The notes beneath the pieces are model-generated. The model was not told where the DNA came from. It saw nothing but the letters and a program-made list of their open reading frames with translations, and ran no database searches. A stretch of DNA of 64,000 nucleotides from Candidatus Woesearchaeota archaeon (GTDB lineage Archaea; Nanobdellota; Nanobdellia; Woesearchaeales; JABIAG01): assembly GCA_018653365.1 (NCBI GenBank), contig JABIAG010000002.1, forward strand, positions 42,614-106,613, read 5' to 3'. Of this stretch, positions 38,796-49,578 are shown in pieces; the stretch's first letter is position 1, and every line of letters starts with the position of its first letter. The position numbers and the translations under genes are program-made.

Positions 38796-39113
38796 CTATT
38801 TACAGAAATATCTTATGCCTGCGTAAGTTAAAACCGCTGTCGTTCCTAAGAGGACAGTTATGCCTAATGTATGATCTGAAATAAAGTTCTGTACTGTTTC
38901 AACCAAAGTGGGTTCTTGAAAGGGTATGGTTGACGTTCTTCGAGTATTCAAGGTTGTTGTTGGTCTGTCCTCAGCTATATCCTTGCTGTTCTCTCTTTCG
39001 TCATCATCTTCAAATACTGGGTCACAGGGCGCACTTGGAACGTATCCTGTTGGGCCTCCTCCTCCTGGTGATGCGTAGGGTTCTCCTTTGTCTGTATATT
39101 TTAAGTGTGCCAT
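38796..39113 (-). CDS. Hypothetical protein with C-terminal TM
   Basis: 105-aa ORF with TATA upstream. Confidence 0.6.
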   Translation of the reverse strand: MAHLKYTDKGEPYASPGGGGPTGYVPSAPCDPVFEDDDERENSKDIAEDRPTTTLNTRRTSTIPFQEPTLVETVQNFISDHTLGITVLLGTTAVLTYAGIRYFCK

Positions 39114-39296
39114 TTTGTTAAAGTTTGTTTTTATGATTATAAACCCTTGTTGCTGAACTCACTACAACACGTTTTTATAAAATGCCCCGTCCCTTCTAAA
39201 TATAAGTATTTTTATAAGCATTTTAACTAATAAATAAACCAATCAAAACATTTATATACAACGTAGTATTTAAGTAATTAAAAAGGTAAGTATAAT

Positions 39297-39461
39297 ATGA
39301 CGACAACAATTAAACGAAAACTATATCGGCGTGGTAGCTCATTTGAGACCACTATTCCCATGCCACTTCTATTTGCTCTAGATAAAAAAAAGAAACACGA
39401 TGTAATCTTCACTTTTGATCCTAAGAATAATCGGTGGTACATAGACTTCAAGAAATCATAG
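39297..39461 (+). CDS. Small AbrB/SpoVT-like DNA-binding protein (54 aa, not in ORF track)
   Basis: MTTTIKRKLYRRGSSFETTIPMPLL...WYIDFKKS; RK....G.S...TIP pattern. Confidence 0.75.
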   Translation: MTTTIKRKLYRRGSSFETTIPMPLLFALDKKKKHDVIFTFDPKNNRWYIDFKKS

Positions 39462-39487
39462 TTTTTGGCGAAACTCGGTGTTTGGAA

Positions 39488-39621
39488 GGGGGAAAGGTCT
39501 TCGGATCTTCCCTTCCAACTTTTAATCAAGATGTAGGCTCGACTGAAAGGAGACCTACTTCGCTTGGCATTGGCGAAAGAATGCGGGGGAAAGGTCTTCG
39601 GATCTTCCCTTCCAACTTTTA
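39488..39621 (+). mobile_element. Type A 60-nt insert between perfect 37-bp direct repeats
   Basis: GGGGGAAAGGTCTTCGGATCTTCCCTTCCAACTTTTA at 39488 and 39585. Confidence 0.85.
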
Positions 39622-39674
39622 CATTCATAAAATTTATATATGAAAAAATAAAAAGTTTGGTGAGGTACATTAAA

Positions 39675-40373
39675 ATGGCATTAGGAAGATTTAAACCAAT
39701 TATTTATGCAACAATAATTATTTCTGCAATGGGTGTTGCGGGATTAAGAGTTGCCGATTTTAAAGCGATTAAAAAAGCATATGGACGAACTAGTGAAATA
39801 GGTCAGGTTGCGGATGCATTCTTTAGATCTAAAGACCTAACTAAGGTAAACTTCAGCAGTTCTGTTAAACAAGCTGTTGAGAGTAGAAGTTTGGGTGTTA
39901 GATTGGTTAGAAAATTGGCTCTTGTTGATAGGGGTGTGAGAAAAGACTTACTGCATTATTCTAATAACATGTTTAAAGCGCAAGAACAATTAATCAAAAT
40001 TAAGATTAAATTAATGAATGGCCAACCAGTTACTACACAAGAATTGATTGATGCATTAAAACAGTATAGGAAGTATCGTACACGTGCAGATGATGATCTG
40101 GGCGATGCAGCAGATGGACTGCCAGGTAATGTATTGACAGCACCTTTAGCAAACACAATCCGTGATGCTGAAACTGCAGCCTTTCACACGATTCATGATG
40201 TGCGAACCGTTGCTGGACAAATGACGCAGATGAAGCCTGCAGCGTTAGAAGCACACATTGATAGCTTGTTATGTAATGAAGCAAGATTTAGACCTGTTGA
40301 AACTTTGAAAAAAGGGGGCAGGGGACTATATGCTCTTACAATTGGTAATGTGGTTAAGTTAGTTACAAAATAA
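39675..40373 (+). CDS. Hypothetical N-anchored helical protein
   Basis: GGTGAGG RBS before ATG 39675; N-terminal TM. Confidence 0.7.
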   Translation: MALGRFKPIIYATIIISAMGVAGLRVADFKAIKKAYGRTSEIGQVADAFFRSKDLTKVNFSSSVKQAVESRSLGVRLVRKLALVDRGVRKDLLHYSNNMFKAQEQLIKIKIKLMNGQPVTTQELIDALKQYRKYRTRADDDLGDAADGLPGNVLTAPLANTIRDAETAAFHTIHDVRTVAGQMTQMKPAALEAHIDSLLCNEARFRPVETLKKGGRGLYALTIGNVVKLVTK

Positions 40374-40415
40374 TTTTTTTTATTTTTTTTAAATATTTTT
40401 TAGGATGGTGAAGAA

Positions 40416-40610
40416 ATGGACAGTAAACTTAAAGGAGTTTGGATAAATGCAGTTTGTAAAAAGTGCGGTAATAATGAACAAAAGAAGTATTATGTTAAGA
40501 CTCTAAGTTGTTTTAATAAATTCTTTGATGTTAGTTGTTCTTGTGGCAACTCTGAAACCGAACACTTTGGTATTCAGGATATTGCTTTCTCTGAGGGTAA
40601 ACGTCTTTAA
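40416..40610 (+). CDS. Small zinc-finger protein
   Basis: CKKC...CSC; GGTGA RBS. Confidence 0.6.
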   Translation: MDSKLKGVWINAVCKKCGNNEQKKYYVKTLSCFNKFFDVSCSCGNSETEHFGIQDIAFSEGKRL

Positions 40611-40663
40611 ACTATATTCTATTAAAAACAAAAGTTTTTAAACGAGCAGTTCAACCCAATTTC

Positions 40664-41416
40664 ATGAGAAAAATTTGTATTATTAACCAAAAAGGCGGTG
40701 TTGGTAAGACTACCACTACCATAAATCTTGGTGCGGGCCTTTCCCGAAAAAATAAAAAGGTATTAATTATTGATTTGGATGCGCAAGGAAATATTGATTC
40801 TTCTTTGAATTTAGAAAGTTACAAAGATGTTTATGATTTTCTATTTGAGAATGCAGAACTTAATGAGTGTATTGCTCACGTGGGAAAGAATTTAGATATT
40901 ATGAGAAGTAAGGAAACTCTTACTAAATCTGAAATCTTTCTTGCAGCAGAAGAAGAGGAACGTGAATTTCTTTTAAAGCGTAAGTTGGAAGAGTTAGATT
41001 CTTATGATTATGTTTTGGTTGATTGTCCACCCTCATTAGGATTGTTAAATCAGAATGCTATGTTATTTGCTGATGAAGCAATCATTCCGGTTTCTACAGA
41101 TTTTCTTGGTATGGATGCATTGAGAAAGATGGCTATTGCTATAAAAGATTTGAATCAACATTTCGACCATACGCTCAAAATTTCAAAGGTGGTTCCAACA
41201 ATGTTTGATAAACGAACTAAACTTTCTCACAAGATCATGTCTGAGATTCAAAATGAGTTTTATAATATTGTGACTGATCCAATTAGGGTTGATTCCAAAT
41301 TAAAAGAGTGTCCTTTAGAAAAAAAATCTATTTTTGCACATGCAAAGAGTTCTAAGGCAGCAAAGGATTATATGAAGTTAGTTACCTCTCTTTTAAGAGA
41401 TGAAAAGAAGAAGTAA
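40664..41416 (+). CDS. ParA/Soj family ATPase
   Basis: KGGVGKTT, DLDAQGN, DCPPSLG. Confidence 0.93.
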   Translation: MRKICIINQKGGVGKTTTTINLGAGLSRKNKKVLIIDLDAQGNIDSSLNLESYKDVYDFLFENAELNECIAHVGKNLDIMRSKETLTKSEIFLAAEEEEREFLLKRKLEELDSYDYVLVDCPPSLGLLNQNAMLFADEAIIPVSTDFLGMDALRKMAIAIKDLNQHFDHTLKISKVVPTMFDKRTKLSHKIMSEIQNEFYNIVTDPIRVDSKLKECPLEKKSIFAHAKSSKAAKDYMKLVTSLLRDEKKK

Positions 41417-42016
41417 TTAGTTGCCCCATTCTGTTAGTAAATTTGGATGATTTTTTTGCATATATTCTCTTCCTGTTTGTAAACAAGTTCTATAACGAAA
41501 CTTTTTTTCTTTCCATAATGTTGTTTGCACCCTATCAACATCCTCAAAGTCAACATACATTCTTCCCTCTCTAACTAATCTGTTCTCATAATCTGATTTT
41601 GCTGATGCCTCAATTAGGTCAAACACCAGTTCCGAAAGTTGGAGTCCTTCTTGTGTAACAGGAAGCAATTCAGCAACATATCCTGCAAACGGGTTCACAT
41701 ATTGGAAGGTGAGTTCGCGACAGTGCATTATTTGCTCTCTTAGTGTTTCAACCTCCTCTTCCTCAACCCCTCCTGTTTTCTGTCGCATTTCTGCTCGATA
41801 TGCTAATAATTCTTTTGACACGTTAGTTTCAAATACTCTCCCTGAACCATAACTAATGTCTGGAAGTAATCGTTGGAACACTTTTGTAAATCCTATTCTG
41901 TCATTAACACTAAAGCCCCTTCTTCCAATAACGTGAAGTGTTGTCAATATAACTAAATCAGATTCTTTCCAAATCCCTGATTCTTCATAATAACTAATTA
42001 CTTCGTCAAAATCCAT
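41417..42016 (-). CDS. Hypothetical protein, possibly a degenerate AAA+ lid
   Basis: 199-aa ORF; VNPFA...LIEASA...NR...ED pattern. Confidence 0.55.
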   Translation of the reverse strand: MDFDEVISYYEESGIWKESDLVILTTLHVIGRRGFSVNDRIGFTKVFQRLLPDISYGSGRVFETNVSKELLAYRAEMRQKTGGVEEEEVETLREQIMHCRELTFQYVNPFAGYVAELLPVTQEGLQLSELVFDLIEASAKSDYENRLVREGRMYVDFEDVDRVQTTLWKEKKFRYRTCLQTGREYMQKNHPNLLTEWGN

Positions 42017-42199
42017 ATCTAATTTAAGGTAGCATTTTTAATAAGTTTTAAGAAGTAAAGTTTGAACAATTTTCAATTAATAAACGACTATTTCCATCTT
42101 TCATGAATAAGTTTCAATAATTTGTTTATTTTTTGAAACTTTTTCGGGTTTTCTAAATTCAACCTAACCTTTATATACTCTAATCTATCTATTTAATTT

Positions 42200-43885
42200 A
42201 TGGAAAAAATTGTAAAAGAAATCATTCGAGAAATTAAGAAAAACAAAATCACAACCCAAATTCAGTTGAGTAAGTTGAAATTAAAGATTGCTCGAAAGTA
42301 TCATTTGAAGAAGGTTCCAAATAATGTTGAGCTCTCTAATCATGCTTCTGATTCAGATAGAGAAAAATTAAAACATCTATTAACAATAAAGCCTATTCGA
42401 ACTCTTGCAGGAGTTGCGCCTGTTGCTTTAATGACTCCACCTCATGAATGTCCTCATGGTAAGTGTGATTACTGTCCGGGTGGGCCTAATTCGGAGTTTG
42501 GTTCTGTTCCACAATCTTATACTGGAAAGGAGCCTGCTACTAGGCGAGCAATAAGAAACAAATATGATCCTTACTTGCAGGTGTTTAATCGTTTAGAGCA
42601 ATATGTTGTAATGAATAAAGTTCCGGATAAGGCTGAAGTTATTGTTATGGGAGGTACTTTCCCCTCTTTGCCAGTTCGAACCCAGGATCATTTTATTAAG
42701 TTTATTTTCAAAGCCCTAAATGACTTTTCAAAAATCTTTTATAAGAATAAAAAACTTAACATAAAAAAGTTTAATACTTTTTTTGAGATTAAAAAAGACA
42801 TAAATGACCTTGCTAGGATTGATAGAATTCAGGCAAGAATATTAAAAGAAAAAAAGAAAAACAAAGTAACGCTTAAAGGAGAGCAACTAAAGAATGAGTC
42901 TTCTAAAATAAGGTGTGTCGCGTTAACAATTGAAACGCGTCCAGATTATTGTAATCAACAACATGTTAATCAACTTCTTAAGTTGGGTTGTACTAAGGTT
43001 GAATTGGGAGTTCAAACTACTAAAAATTCTGTTCTTAAGTCAATTAAACGAGGCCATACTGTTGAGGATGCGATTACCGCAACTAAACTTCTTAAGGATG
43101 CTTGTTTTAAAGTTACATATCATATCATGCCCGGTCTTCCAGGTGTAAATGCTAAACAAGATTTAAACAATTTCAAGGAACTGTTTTTAAACCCGGATTT
43201 TAAACCAGACATGCTAAAGATCTATCCTTGTATGGTTTTGAAAGGCACTAATTTGTTTAAGTTATACAAGCAGCATAAGTTCAAGCCATTAACTACAAAA
43301 AAAGCAACTAGTTTAATTTCAGAAATGAAGTCATTCATTCCCCGGTATGTTCGTGTTATGCGTGTTCAAAGAGATATTCCTTCTTACATGGTTGAGGCAG
43401 GTGTTGATAGAACTAATTTAAGACAGTATATTGATACTTTTATGAAGAAAAAGAATTGGAGTTGTAATTGTATTAGATGTAATGAAATTGGTAGAAAACC
43501 TGCAAAGGGCAAGGTAAGTTTTGATTATATTACGTATTCTGCTTCTGACGGAATTGAATTTTTTATCTATGCAGAAATTAAGGATTCTTTAGTTGGTTTT
43601 GCGCGCCTTAGGTTTCCTTCTGATTCTTTTAGAAAAGAAATAACGCAGAATGCTGCACTTTTAAGAGAGTTACATGTTTATGGTATGCCTGTTCCAATTG
43701 GAGAAAAGTCTAGTGAAACTCAACACAAGGGTGTTGGTAAAAATCTTTTGCACATTGCAGAAAAAATTGCAAAAACTTATTATAAAGATAAAATGGTGGT
43801 TATTTCAGGTATTGGTGTTAGACCTTATTATAAAAACAAGTTGGGTTATAAACAACAAGGCCCATATGTGGTGAAACAATTATGA
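42200..43885 (+). CDS. elp3: Elp3 radical SAM / KAT tRNA U34 modification enzyme
   Basis: CPHGKCDYCPGG, ETRPD, RVQRDIP, RELHVYG, QHKG.G. Confidence 0.96.
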   Translation: MEKIVKEIIREIKKNKITTQIQLSKLKLKIARKYHLKKVPNNVELSNHASDSDREKLKHLLTIKPIRTLAGVAPVALMTPPHECPHGKCDYCPGGPNSEFGSVPQSYTGKEPATRRAIRNKYDPYLQVFNRLEQYVVMNKVPDKAEVIVMGGTFPSLPVRTQDHFIKFIFKALNDFSKIFYKNKKLNIKKFNTFFEIKKDINDLARIDRIQARILKEKKKNKVTLKGEQLKNESSKIRCVALTIETRPDYCNQQHVNQLLKLGCTKVELGVQTTKNSVLKSIKRGHTVEDAITATKLLKDACFKVTYHIMPGLPGVNAKQDLNNFKELFLNPDFKPDMLKIYPCMVLKGTNLFKLYKQHKFKPLTTKKATSLISEMKSFIPRYVRVMRVQRDIPSYMVEAGVDRTNLRQYIDTFMKKKNWSCNCIRCNEIGRKPAKGKVSFDYITYSASDGIEFFIYAEIKDSLVGFARLRFPSDSFRKEITQNAALLRELHVYGMPVPIGEKSSETQHKGVGKNLLHIAEKIAKTYYKDKMVVISGIGVRPYYKNKLGYKQQGPYVVKQL

Positions 43886-44850
43886 AGCATAAACTTGTAC
43901 CTTTCAAAAACAAGGATGATATAGAGTTCAAACCTGCTTTTATTGAACATTACTCAAAACTTACTGATTGGAATACGTTTAGCACTTACTGTCTTTCTTT
44001 TCTAAGAAGATCACTTAGGGTTAACACTCTTAAGATCACTATTCCAAAATTAAAAAAGCGGTTAGAAGCGCAGGGTTGGATTCTTGAACCCGTGCCCTGG
44101 TGTAAAGAGGGCTTTTTCCTTACGCATGAAACTGGTAGAAGGGATGCAGGGAATACTCTGGAACACCAACTTGGTTATTTTTATATTCAGGAAGCAGCTT
44201 CCATGATCCCGCCTTTAGCACTTGATCCAAAACCTGGAGATTTGGTATTGGATGTTGCAGCCTCTCCCGGTTCTAAAACAACTCAGATGGCTCAGATGAT
44301 GAAAAATAAGGGAACAATAATTGCTAATGATGTTGTTGGTATTAGGATGATGCCGTTATGTGTTAATTTAACAAGATTGGGGGTTACTAATACTGTAACA
44401 ACTCTTATGAATGGACAACAATTTACTAAATTCACAAATTATTTTGATAAAGTTCTTGTTGACGCTCCCTGTTCAGGTACAGGAACTATAAGAAAATCTG
44501 TAAAAACTATTCGTATGTGGAATCCTAAAGTTCTTAAGTCAATTTCAAATGTTCAGAAACAATTATTACAAGCAGCATTTAATGCTACAAAACCCGGCGG
44601 AACTGTTGTTTACTCTACTTGTTCTTTAGAACCTGAAGAAAATGAGGGTGTTGTTTCCGAGTTTCTTAATAATAACAAGAATGCTAAGTTGGAAAAGATC
44701 GCTCTTCCTGGTTTGATTTCTTCCAAACCAGTTACAGAATTTAATAATATTAAGTATAATCCAGAGGTTAAGAAAACCTCCCGGTTATGGCCTCAAGATA
44801 ATGATACTGAAGGATTCTTTATAACAAAAATTATAAAGGATAAAGAGTAG
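43882..44850 (+). CDS. NOL1/NOP2/RsmB family RNA m5C methyltransferase
   Basis: QEAASM, AASPGSKT, DAPCSG, YSTCS. Confidence 0.95.
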   Translation: MKHKLVPFKNKDDIEFKPAFIEHYSKLTDWNTFSTYCLSFLRRSLRVNTLKITIPKLKKRLEAQGWILEPVPWCKEGFFLTHETGRRDAGNTLEHQLGYFYIQEAASMIPPLALDPKPGDLVLDVAASPGSKTTQMAQMMKNKGTIIANDVVGIRMMPLCVNLTRLGVTNTVTTLMNGQQFTKFTNYFDKVLVDAPCSGTGTIRKSVKTIRMWNPKVLKSISNVQKQLLQAAFNATKPGGTVVYSTCSLEPEENEGVVSEFLNNNKNAKLEKIALPGLISSKPVTEFNNIKYNPEVKKTSRLWPQDNDTEGFFITKIIKDKE

Positions 44851-44859
44851 AATAAAAAA

Positions 44860-45198
44860 ATGAACGAAGAAAGATGTCTGCTAAACACTGATAAAGGGGA
44901 TATGACTCTTATTATGAGACAGAAGCACTGGGGAAGTCGTAAGGTTTGGTCTTTGGTTATTGATAAAACAGAAGTTTTGGTAGATGCGGTTTTCACACCT
45001 AGAAGAATGATTTTTGCATCTAGTATAAAACGCGCTTCTCAGTTTAAAGCTAATGATGTTTTTTATGGTAAAGGTCCAGATAAATTCAAAAAAGAGTATA
45101 ATAAAGCAAACTCGGTTGCTCTAAAATCAATATTTCTTAGACCCATTTCAAAAGTAGCTGTTAAATCAGTAAGTAGTGCGGTTAAATCTAAAGTCTAA
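44860..45198 (+). CDS. Hypothetical protein
   Basis: 112-aa ORF following the operon. Confidence 0.55.
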   Translation: MNEERCLLNTDKGDMTLIMRQKHWGSRKVWSLVIDKTEVLVDAVFTPRRMIFASSIKRASQFKANDVFYGKGPDKFKKEYNKANSVALKSIFLRPISKVAVKSVSSAVKSKV

Positions 45199-45800
45199 CG
45201 CCCATAATGTCTATCAAAATCTGATTGTGAGGGTACTCTTGAGACCATTCTTCGCACTCCTCCTTTTTTCTTTATGAGATAATACCCAAATGCTAGTCCT
45301 ACTGCTAGTCCAACTAGGTGTGCATAGTGTGCTATTCCTGTGTTAACTGGGACTAATAATCCGAATACTTCTATTGCTGCAAATATTATTCCCGCAGTTC
45401 TCATTGACATTGGGATGGCAAAGAAGAATAATATTCGCAAATCAGGGAATAACATTATTACTATTCCAAGGATTCCCATTATTGCTCCGCTAGCTCCAAG
45501 TGCTGCAGAGTATTGGGGCAGTAGTGCAGCTAATATTCCTGCAAGGAAATAAACTGCTAAGAACTTTTTAGTTCCAATGCTTCGTTCAACTAATGTTCCA
45601 AATAAGTATAATGCGTACATGTTAAAAAATAAGTGTGCAAGTCCACCATGTAAAAACATGGATGTTATGATTATCCAAGGTCTTGTCCAGATATCTGCAG
45701 AAACTAACATAAAACTTTCAGTAAATCCTCTGAATGATATTTGCACAATAAATAGAATTACGTTAATTAGTACTAATGTTGTTACTGCGTTTCTTCTCAT
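45195..45800 (-). CDS. Rhomboid intramembrane protease
   Basis: HLFFNM, GASG, AHLVG. Confidence 0.93.
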   Translation of the reverse strand: MRRNAVTTLVLINVILFIVQISFRGFTESFMLVSADIWTRPWIIITSMFLHGGLAHLFFNMYALYLFGTLVERSIGTKKFLAVYFLAGILAALLPQYSAALGASGAIMGILGIVIMLFPDLRILFFFAIPMSMRTAGIIFAAIEVFGLLVPVNTGIAHYAHLVGLAVGLAFGYYLIKKKGGVRRMVSRVPSQSDFDRHYGR

Positions 45801-45887
45801 CTTTCGAACTTATCTTTATTTGTTTATAAACCTTATTTTTTTATTGGCCAAACTTTTATAAATTAGAGGTTAACTCTGTTTACTGGA

Positions 45888-46313
45888 ATGAACGACTTAG
45901 ATGATGAATTACCTGGACGACCTGTTTTTTCGCAGTATAACATTCTTACGCCAGTTCATGTTTTTGAGGGCAGAGTACAAAAGCCAGATTATGGTTTTCA
46001 TCTTTCTATTTATTATGCTACTTGTTATTGTACTTTTGCTAATGTTATCCCTTTGATGGTCTGTCTCGATGAGGTTGCAGGCCAAACAAAGTTTCTTGAT
46101 TGGTACTCTTTTTGTGATAATGGCGAACTAATTGCTCATAGGGGGGGCGAGGCAGAGGTTAATAAACAAGTTATGTTAGGGAACGCTGACACTGATCTTT
46201 CTTCTTTAGTGGCGCGTTTAAAAACAGTGCAAGAGTTGTTAGAACTAGGGGGAGTAAATTCTTATTTGAGAACGCATGAAGCAATTAAACGAATCAGAAC
46301 CGGGTCTTTCTAA
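45888..46313 (+). CDS. Hypothetical protein
   Basis: 141-aa ORF after TATA. Confidence 0.6.
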   Translation: MNDLDDELPGRPVFSQYNILTPVHVFEGRVQKPDYGFHLSIYYATCYCTFANVIPLMVCLDEVAGQTKFLDWYSFCDNGELIAHRGGEAEVNKQVMLGNADTDLSSLVARLKTVQELLELGGVNSYLRTHEAIKRIRTGSF

Positions 46314-46362
46314 ATGCATAACCTTTAAATAAACACAGGGAATTTTTGGTAATGGTGATAAC

Positions 46363-46806
46363 ATGTCAGTTAAAGAAGGAGATGTAGTAAAAGTTCATTA
46401 TACAGGAAAAACAGAGGGAGAAGTATTTGATTCTTCAGAAGGTAAAGAGCCGTTAATATTTAAAGTTGGAGATCATAAGGTTATTAAGGGTTTTGAAGAT
46501 GCAGTTATGGGAATGAAAGCTGGTGATAAAAAAACAGTTACTCTTCCTTCTGATGAAGCTTATGGAAATAGAGATGAAAAACTAGTTTCTGAAGTTCCTA
46601 AAGACCAATTGGGAAAACTTCCAGACAATGTTACTTTAGAAAAAGGGATGTCATTTCAACTTAAAGATCAAACAGGTAATGGTTGTATTGCAACTATTTC
46701 TGAAGTTAAAGAAACTTCTGTAATGCTTGATTTAAATCATCCGCTTGCAGGTAAAGAACTAACTTTTGATGTGGAACTTGTTGAAATTATGAAACCTAAA
46801 GAATAA
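46363..46806 (+). CDS. slyD: Short FKBP-type PPIase (SlyD-like)
   Basis: VHYTG...FDSS, VIKGFE, DLNHPLAGKEL. Confidence 0.9.
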   Translation: MSVKEGDVVKVHYTGKTEGEVFDSSEGKEPLIFKVGDHKVIKGFEDAVMGMKAGDKKTVTLPSDEAYGNRDEKLVSEVPKDQLGKLPDNVTLEKGMSFQLKDQTGNGCIATISEVKETSVMLDLNHPLAGKELTFDVELVEIMKPKE

Positions 46807-46815
46807 TTTTTATTT

Positions 46816-46855
46816 TTCGACTTTAGTCGTGCCAGAAATCTTGTATTTCTGAGCA
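46816..46855. mobile_element. Type C two-hairpin mini-insert
   Basis: CGAC-TTTA-GTCG then TGC-CAGAAAT...ATTTCTG-A-GCA; relatives at 49528 and 62378. Confidence 0.65.
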
Positions 46856-46938
46856 TTTCTTAATTTTTTTCTAACAATAAACTTTAAAAAACCCCACTTT
46901 CATGTTAAGTTCATAACTGATGGTTGTGGAGGGATAAA

Positions 46939-49527
46939 ATGGAAAAATTTGTTTACGCTTTTGAAGAAGGAAATAAAGATATGGTGGAAGTTCTTGGTGG
47001 TAAGGGTGCTAATCTTGCAGAAATGACTGTTTTAGGTGTGCCGGTTCCGCCTGGGTTTACGATTACTACTGCTGCTTGTGATGTTTTTTACAAGGATGGT
47101 AAAAAGTTAAATGATTCTATTTTGGCCGAAATTGATGAACGCTTAGTGAAGTTAGAGTCTGTTATGGGTCAAAAGTTAGGTGATGATTCTGATCCGCTTT
47201 TGGTTTCTGTGAGATCTGGTGCGGCCGCATCTATGCCAGGTATGATGGATACTGTTTTGAATTTGGGTCTTAATGATATTTCCGTAGAGGGATTGGCTAA
47301 AAAAACAGGTAATGAAAGATTTGCTTGGGATTCTTATCGAAGATTTATTCAAATGTTTGGTGATGTTGTTATGGGTGTTCCTCATCATGATTTCGAAGAG
47401 GCACTAGAATCTGTTAAGAACACAAAAGGTGTTGAGTTTGATACTGATCTTGATGTGAATGATTTGAAGGAAGTAGTTTCTAAGTATAAAGATGCGATTC
47501 AGTCTGCTAAGGGAACCTCTTTTCCGCAAAATCCAAAAGAACAATTAATCATGTCTGTTGAGGCAGTGTTTGGTAGTTGGAATAATGATCGTGCAATAAT
47601 TTATAGGCGAATAAATAATATTTCTAGTTTGGTTGGTACTGCAGTTAATATTCAAACAATGGTTTTTGGTAATATGGGCGAAACTTCAGGAACGGGTGTT
47701 TGTTTTTCCAGAAATCCATCTACTGGTGAGAATAAGTTTTATGGTGAGTACTTAATGAATGCTCAGGGTGAAGATGTTGTTGCGGGTATTAGAACTCCTA
47801 AGTCTATTGAGACTTTAGAAGAACAGAATGCTGAAGTTTACAAACAAATTGTTGAAATTAAAGATAACTTAGAAAAACATTACAAAGATATGCAGGACAT
47901 GGAATTCACAATTCAAGAAGGTAAACTGTATTTCTTACAAACTCGGGCAGGTAAACGAACAGGCCCGGCAGCGGTTAAGATGGCTGTTGATATGGTTGAT
48001 GAAACCCTTATCTCAAAAGAAGAAGCAGTTTTAAGAGTGGATCCTGAAGCTCTGAATCAACTTCTTCATAAACAGTTAGACCCTGTTGCTAAGACTGAGC
48101 ATGATGCTTTAACTAAAGGTCTTCCTGCCTCTCCCGGTGCAGCAGTTGGTGAAATTGTTTTTAATGCAATTGAGGCTAGAGACCAAGTTCAAGAAGGTAA
48201 AACCGTTATTCTAGTTCGTACTGAAACCTCTCCAGAGGATATTGAGGGAATGAATGCCGCAGTAGGTATTTTGACTAGTCGAGGGGGTATGACCTCTCAT
48301 GCAGCTGTTGTTGCTCGTGGTATGGGTAAGTGTTGTGTTGCTGGATGTGGTGATGCTAAAATTAATGAGAAAGAAAAGTCTTTAGTTATTGGGGATAATT
48401 CTTTTACAGAGGGTGATTTTATAACTCTTGATGGAGCAACAGGTGAAGTTTTTGAGGGTAAAATTCCTGTTGTTGAACCTACATTATCTGGTGATTTTGG
48501 TAGGTTGATGGAGTGGGCTGATGAGTTTAGAACAATGAAGATACGAACTAATGCTGACACCCCGCATGATGCAGAAACTGCAATTAAATTTGGTGCTGAA
48601 GGTATTGGTCTTTGTAGAACAGAACACATGTTTTTTGAAGGTGAAAGAATTAAAGCAATTAGAGAGATGATTTTGTCTAAGAATGTTGAAGAAAGAAAAC
48701 TTGCTCTAAACAAATTATTGCCTTTTCAAAAAGCTGATTTTGTTGGCTTGTTCAACGTAATGAAAGGGAAACCGGTAACCATAAGGTTGTTAGATCCTCC
48801 TTTACATGAATTTTTACCTAAAGAAGAAGAGGAGATAAAGGAAATTTCCACCACCTTAAATGTTTCAGTTGAAGAGTTAAATAAAAAGATTGAAGATTTA
48901 CATGAGGTAAATCCTATGCTTGGTCATCGAGGGTGTAGGCTGGGCTTAACCTATCCTGAAATTACTGAGATGCAATCTCGGGCCATCTTTGAAGCAGCTA
49001 AAGAAACTGGAGCAGTTCCAGAAATAATGGTTCCTTTAGTGGGCGATGTTGAGGAGTTCAAAAACCAAAAGGCGATTATTGTGGGTGTTGCTAAAGAGTT
49101 GGGTGTTGAGGCATATAAAATTGGAACCATGATTGAAGTTCCACGTGGCGCTTTGACTGCTGACACAATTGCTAAAGAAGCAGAATTCTTTAGTTTTGGT
49201 ACTAATGATCTTACCCAAATGACTCTTGGATTTAGTCGGGATGATGTTGGTAAATTCATTCCTGAATATGTTGAGAAGGGAGTTTATGAACGAGATCCTT
49301 TTCAGGCTTTAGATCAGGAAGGTGTTGGTCAGCTTATTTTTATTGCGGTAGAAAAAGGCAGACAGACTCGGCCTGATATTAAGTTGGGTATTTGTGGTGA
49401 GCATGGTGGTGAACCCTCCTCTGTTGAGTTTTGTAATAAGGTTGGTTTGAATTATGTGAGTTGTTCTCCATTTAGAGTTCCGATTGCAAAACTTGCTGCG
49501 GCACAGGCAGCTCTTAAACAGAAATAA
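46939..49527 (+). CDS. ppdK: Pyruvate, phosphate dikinase
   Basis: [52 protein letters not shown]. Confidence 0.98.
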   Translation: MEKFVYAFEEGNKDMVEVLGGKGANLAEMTVLGVPVPPGFTITTAACDVFYKDGKKLNDSILAEIDERLVKLESVMGQKLGDDSDPLLVSVRSGAAASMPGMMDTVLNLGLNDISVEGLAKKTGNERFAWDSYRRFIQMFGDVVMGVPHHDFEEALESVKNTKGVEFDTDLDVNDLKEVVSKYKDAIQSAKGTSFPQNPKEQLIMSVEAVFGSWNNDRAIIYRRINNISSLVGTAVNIQTMVFGNMGETSGTGVCFSRNPSTGENKFYGEYLMNAQGEDVVAGIRTPKSIETLEEQNAEVYKQIVEIKDNLEKHYKDMQDMEFTIQEGKLYFLQTRAGKRTGPAAVKMAVDMVDETLISKEEAVLRVDPEALNQLLHKQLDPVAKTEHDALTKGLPASPGAAVGEIVFNAIEARDQVQEGKTVILVRTETSPEDIEGMNAAVGILTSRGGMTSHAAVVARGMGKCCVAGCGDAKINEKEKSLVIGDNSFTEGDFITLDGATGEVFEGKIPVVEPTLSGDFGRLMEWADEFRTMKIRTNADTPHDAETAIKFGAEGIGLCRTEHMFFEGERIKAIREMILSKNVEERKLALNKLLPFQKADFVGLFNVMKGKPVTIRLLDPPLHEFLPKEEEEIKEISTTLNVSVEELNKKIEDLHEVNPMLGHRGCRLGLTYPEITEMQSRAIFEAAKETGAVPEIMVPLVGDVEEFKNQKAIIVGVAKELGVEAYKIGTMIEVPRGALTADTIAKEAEFFSFGTNDLTQMTLGFSRDDVGKFIPEYVEKGVYERDPFQALDQEGVGQLIFIAVEKGRQTRPDIKLGICGEHGGEPSSVEFCNKVGLNYVSCSPFRVPIAKLAAAQAALKQK

Positions 49528-49578
49528 TTCGGCTTTAGTCGTACCAAAAATGCTTGTTTGCATTTTTTTTATTTTCTT

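Noticed and set aside
39533-39584. Hammerhead ribozyme (CTGA...GAAA)
   Set aside because: No CUGANGA core in the proper three-stem arrangement.
39488-39621. Mini CRISPR array (37-nt hairpin repeat twice)
   Set aside because: Only two copies, the 60-nt 'spacer' is itself a dispersed repeat, and no cas genes are present.
39434-39674. ORF 39434-39643 and the TTG-start extension of 39564-40373
   Set aside because: They run through the hairpin and inserted element; a good RBS supports ATG 39675.
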